Assembly (NCBI RefSeq): GCF_000142905.1
Contig: NW_013657658.1
Coordinates: 1 to 64,000, forward strand
DNA from: Thecamonas trahens ATCC 50062
Lineage: Eukaryota; Protista; Apusomonadida
Direction of reading: 5' to 3'
DNA: 64,000 nucleotides
Made by a program: the position numbers and the translations under genes. The notes under the pieces were generated by a model. That model made no database searches. It was given only the letters and a program-made list of their open reading frames with translations, and had not been told where the DNA came from. Below are positions 60,104-64,000 of the stretch, piece after piece; the first letter of the stretch is position 1; each line of letters opens with the position of its first letter.

Positions 60104-63100
60104 TTACACCACCAGAAAGTCCGAGTCCTCGTCAGAGACCTCCTCCAGCTCGCCTGCACCGCGGCAGCCGGCCACCACGTCGCCCTCGCACCTTTTGTGG
60201 AGCGCGAGGCCGCACAACGAGCACTCGAGGCAGGCTGACTTGAACAGGCCAAACTCGAGGAGTTCCAGGCAGACGTCGCATGGCTTGTTGCGGTAGCGCT
60301 TGCACTTTTCAAACGAGTGCTCGCCGAGCGTGGTCACCGTCACCACGTTGGATGGGCCCGAGGCTCCGACCTCGTTCCGAGCCACCATCACAAACGAGTA
60401 CTGCGTCGACGGCGAGAGCGTGCCATCGACAGAGGTGTAGCGGTCACCCGAGGAGAAGACCGAGGAGAAGACTCCCGGCGCCTGCGCGTTGACCCCGGCG
60501 AGGACCGCTTCAGCTCCGCCCTCGGCCATGTACAGCTCAAACTGCCGCACAGGGGTCCCCCCGTCGTGGACCACGTCCCACTTGAGCGCCACCAGCGAGT
60601 GCCCGATGGCAATGTGCGCGTTGTCGTAGTCGATCGCTAGCGACACAGGCATGGGCTCGGCCTTGAGGCACACTACGCGGACCGGCGCCGACGGCTGGCC
60701 GACCCCGACGCTCGTCACCGCGCTCACCACCACGCTTGCACTCGAGCCCGGCCGGAGGCCAGATATCCGCGTCGAGAGGCCATCGACGCGGATCTCGTCC
60801 CGCCCGGCGACAGCAACCACAAACGCGCTTACGGTGTCCGGCCGCGCCACAGGTGGAGCCGCCCACTCGAGCTGGGCCCAGTCGGTGCCGACATCGGCAA
60901 CGCGGACAAACGGCGGCGCTCCGGCGCGGGTCTGCGCCAGCGCGCCCGAGCTTAGACTCGCGGCGCCTGACACGCCCATGGCGTTGCGCGCAGAGACCTC
61001 AACCGCGTGCGCCGCGCCCGGCAGCAGCCCGCTCACCGTCACCGACCCGAGCCTGTTGGCCGGATTCGCCATGACAGTTGCAGTTCGGACACCGTCGTCG
61101 GCGCCGGCCGGCGTAGGGTGGACTCGCGTGACACGGACGTCGTACTGCGTGATGGCCACGCCGCCGTTCCACTGCGGGACCTGCCACGAGACGGTGAGTG
61201 CGTCTGGAGCCGCGGCCACGATCCGCAGCGCCCGCGGCGGCGACGGCGCCGCGGCTTGCGTCGAGACCATCACCACGGCGCCGTCGTCCGACTCGCCAGC
61301 CTCGCTCGCAGCCGCCACTCGGAACCCGTACCGGGTCCCCGGCCGCAGACCGGTGAGCGCCACCGAGGTCTCGGTCGACCCAGTCGGGATGCCGCGCGCA
61401 AACGACATGTCCGGCTCCGGCATGGAGCCGGTCCACTCGCTGTCGAGCTCCTCCTCCAGCACGGCGAGGTACACCACGTACTCGCTGAGCGGCACCGCGC
61501 CGGCATGTGGCGGCTGCCAGGTCAGGACCAACGTCCGCTCGCGGACGTGGCTCGCCTCGACCTGCGCCACCCCGGGCGGGAGCGTGGTGACGGCCAAGCC
61601 GCTCGGCAACGACACGCCGTGCTCCGTCCGCGCTCGCACCTCAATGTCAAAGACCGACGACGGCGCCAGGACGTCGACCTCGGCCACCGGCGCCGTCGTC
61701 GTCGCCACCAGTTCGCCGTTGACCACAACCTCAAAGGCCTCGTAAACGGCGCCCTCGTCGATCGGGGCAGGGACCCATGAGAGCGACGCACTCGTCGCCG
61801 ACACGTTGTCCGCCGTCACCTCGAGTGGCGGCGCAGGCAACGTTGGGTGCGAGACCTCGTCCGACGCCTCGCCGGCGCCGAGGTCCGACACGCTCCGTAC
61901 GCAAACAATGTACGTCGTACCCGGCACGAGGCCGTCCAGCGCCAGCCGCGGAGCCTCGTCTGCCGCCACCACGGCCGGGTGCGGCGGGTAGCTGTCGCAT
62001 TCGGCCAGCGTTGTGACGTGAACCTGGTAGCCAACAAGCTCTAGGCTAGCCACCGGCGCCACCGGCGTCCAGGTCACCACCATCGAGTTGGCCTCGACGT
62101 CGACAAGCGCCACGTCGGCTGGCGGCCCGTAGAGAGTGGTGAAATCGGCCGCGAGGTCGGCGGCCGAGCCCGCCATCATAGCCACGTGCGCAAAGTGTGG
62201 CGGCGGCGTCGCCGCCACCACCACGCCGTACCGGGTGGCCGGCGCGAGGCCATCGGCCCGCACGTACGCCACACTCCCGTCGAGCGGTGCAGTGGTGAGC
62301 GGTGCGCCGACCACAGCGCCGGTCTCGGCGTCGAGGGCAAAGACCGAGACCGCAAGCAGCGAGTCGCCTGCAGCGTTGGCCGGTGGCGGCGAGAGCTGGT
62401 ACACCGCATAGTCCGAGCTCACCTCGCCGTCACCGATGCACTGCGCCACGTTCGCCAGACTCGGCGAGGTGATGCCCTGCAGCCTGACCGGTGCCGAGCT
62501 GCCGAGTTCGTTGGCGACCGAGACTTGGACGTCGACCATTGCCGACGGCTTCAAACCGCCGAGTGTGACTTCGACGGTGGCGCCGGGGGTGGCGACCGGG
62601 TGGGAGCTCGCCAGCTCGCCGCATACCAGCTCGATCTCGCGGAGAGCTGCGCCACCGGAAAACGGCGAGAGCGTGACCATGAAAGCCATGGCGTCGGTCG
62701 AGGCACGGACCTGGACGACCTCGACCGGCGGCGGCGGGTGCGCCGGAGCCGACGCCACGCGGGTGATCCACGGCAGCGACGCCAGCTCACCGAGCACTGC
62801 CACCACGCTCACCTGGAGCACAGCGCCTGAAACGCCAGTCGGGAGGTGGACGACCGCGTCGCCGGCCGGCACAGTCGTCGTCTCGCCCGCGCTGAGTGTC
62901 GTTCCGTCGTCGGCGATCGAAACAGCGTCGAGGCGGAGTGACTCGACGGCCGGGCCGAGCGCGCCGGGAGGAACCCGGACAGTGAGCGCGAGGCCACCGC
63001 CGGGCCGCGGCGCGGCCGCCAGCTCGATGCTACTCGGCGGCGACGGCGCCGACCGCAGCGTCAACCGCTCTCCCGAGTACGCCACGCCGTGCTCGTTGGC

Positions 63101-64000
63101 GACCGCGATGGCGACGTGAGTCTCGGAGCCGGGCGCGAGGCCGCCAAGCAGAATGCCGTTGCGGGCTGCCGGCGGGAGAGGGGCGGCAAAGACCAGGGCC
63201 TCGCTCGAGTCCCAGCCAACGATAAAGCCGCGCTCGTCGGCGGCGGTCTCAGCGCGCTCGGGCCAGGCGAGCGCCATGACCGGGCCGCCTGGCAGGGATC
63301 GAGCGGCGGTGGCGACGTGAGTGATGGGCGGCGGGAGAACAAACCGAGTCTCGGCGTTGACGGTGGCCGAGTCGCGGCCGTCGCCCGAGCCAGTCACGGC
63401 GCGGACCTTGACCTCGTACTGGACTTCGAGGGTGAGATCGCGGATGAGAGCCGAGGCATTGGGCGCGACAAGCCCGCCGCCGCCCCAGGCTTGGGCGCCA
63501 GCCGGGCGGCAGAAAACTCGGTAGGCCTCGATCGGCGAGCCGCCGTTGTGCGGCGGATCCCAGGTAAGGCTGAGCGTGCCGGCGGCGGAGCAGCGGGCGA
63601 CGAGGCCGCCGGGCGCCTCTGCGCGGCCGACCGGGCGGAAGCATGGCTCACAGACAAAGACACGGCACTCAAGGCAGGCCATGACCGGCGAGCCGCGCGG
63701 CGTGTCTGAGCAAACCGCGCACTGCCAGGCGAGGCCCGACGGCGCACTTCGCCTGGTGTGCATGTAGTGCCAGTGCGTGGTGGAGAGGAGCGACTCGGTC
63801 CGCTCCTCGCCACAAGTCTCACAGAGCACGACCTCGTACCCGCCCTCCATGGGCGTGCACCACTGCGGGCAGAGGAACCGTGGCGTGTGGGCGGCGATGG
63901 ACGAGCCACAGCCCGAGCATGCTGCCGAGACGGCCACGCGCTCGCTGGCGGTCACCAGCTCCAGCGGGTGCTCGTGAACCACGTGCTTGGTCGGCTTGGT
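60104..64000 (-). CDS. Fibronectin type III repeat protein flanked by Cys/His zinc-binding (DC1/ZZ-like and C1) domains; 5' end outside the window
   Basis: About 10-11 FN3 repeats (W-PP--GG-PI--Y..L-P---Y---V-A-N--G). N-terminal HEHPL..C--C..C---C..LC--C. C-terminal HSF..CDVC..C--C...HKRC. Confidence 0.88.
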   Translation of the reverse strand, partial: TKPTKHVVHEHPLELVTASERVAVSAACSGCGSSIAAHTPRFLCPQWCTPMEGGYEVVLCETCGEERTESLLSTTHWHYMHTRRSAPSGLAWQCAVCSDTPRGSPVMACLECRVFVCEPCFRPVGRAEAPGGLVARCSAAGTLSLTWDPPHNGGSPIEAYRVFCRPAGAQAWGGGGLVAPNASALIRDLTLEVQYEVKVRAVTGSGDGRDSATVNAETRFVLPPPITHVATAARSLPGGPVMALAWPERAETAADERGFIVGWDSSEALVFAAPLPPAARNGILLGGLAPGSETHVAIAVANEHGVAYSGERLTLRSAPSPPSSIELAAAPRPGGGLALTVRVPPGALGPAVESLRLDAVSIADDGTTLSAGETTTVPAGDAVVHLPTGVSGAVLQVSVVAVLGELASLPWITRVASAPAHPPPPVEVVQVRASTDAMAFMVTLSPFSGGAALREIELVCGELASSHPVATPGATVEVTLGGLKPSAMVDVQVSVANELGSSAPVRLQGITSPSLANVAQCIGDGEVSSDYAVYQLSPPPANAAGDSLLAVSVFALDAETGAVVGAPLTTAPLDGSVAYVRADGLAPATRYGVVVAATPPPHFAHVAMMAGSAADLAADFTTLYGPPADVALVDVEANSMVVTWTPVAPVASLELVGYQVHVTTLAECDSYPPHPAVVAADEAPRLALDGLVPGTTYIVCVRSVSDLGAGEASDEVSHPTLPAPPLEVTADNVSATSASLSWVPAPIDEGAVYEAFEVVVNGELVATTTAPVAEVDVLAPSSVFDIEVRARTEHGVSLPSGLAVTTLPPGVAQVEASHVRERTLVLTWQPPHAGAVPLSEYVVYLAVLEEELDSEWTGSMPEPDMSFARGIPTGSTETSVALTGLRPGTRYGFRVAAASEAGESDDGAVVMVSTQAAAPSPPRALRIVAAAPDALTVSWQVPQWNGGVAITQYDVRVTRVHPTPAGADDGVRTATVMANPANRLGSVTVSGLLPGAAHAVEVSARNAMGVSGAASLSSGALAQTRAGAPPFVRVADVGTDWAQLEWAAPPVARPDTVSAFVVAVAGRDEIRVDGLSTRISGLRPGSSASVVVSAVTSVGVGQPSAPVRVVCLKAEPMPVSLAIDYDNAHIAIGHSLVALKWDVVHDGGTPVRQFELYMAEGGAEAVLAGVNAQAPGVFSSVFSSGDRYTSVDGTLSPSTQYSFVMVARNEVGASGPSNVVTVTTLGEHSFEKCKRYRNKPCDVCLELLEFGLFKSACLECSLCGLALHKRCEGDVVAGCRGAGELEEVSDEDSDFLVV

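Noticed and set aside
1-64000. Bacterial operons, defence islands, tRNA/rRNA genes, intact transposases or reverse transcriptases
   Set aside because: The sequence is eukaryotic with spliceosomal introns, and no such motifs were recognised by eye.

Overview
This is eukaryotic nuclear DNA, not prokaryotic: GC-rich, gene-dense, with short GT-AG spliceosomal introns, CA/C-rich spacers, microsatellites and three N-gaps (1031-1269, 8549-8648, 14898-14997). Composition and gene content suggest a free-living heterotrophic protist such as an apusomonad (Thecamonas-like). That is inference only. About 28 protein-coding loci can be supported, including an SLC12 cotransporter, BRCA2, an AAAP/SLC38 amino-acid transporter, a CK2-alpha-like kinase, a sedolisin, a kinesin-3, a CUE-Smr nuclease, an ankyrin protein, a RasGEF, IMP1, DPH2, an RPEL protein, CLEC16A/TT9 and an FN3 protein. 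The most notable observations are: (1) a BRCA2 with 17 near-identical BRC repeats in a higher-order tandem array; (2) an ectoine synthase (EctC)-like cupin with altered metal ligands; (3) a herpes-tegument-type (peptidase C76-like) cysteine protease/deubiquitinase candidate; (4) a stand-alone dynein microtubule-binding domain; (5) a PARP-like + B-box + coiled-coil + arginine-finger-less RasGAP fusion; (6) an Smr endonuclease with about eight CUE domains; (7) several -1 frame breaks at G/C homopolymers in conserved genes, probably sequencing errors. No CRISPR array, rRNA, tRNA or intact transposon was recognised. All family calls are by-eye motif recognition; no database search was run.
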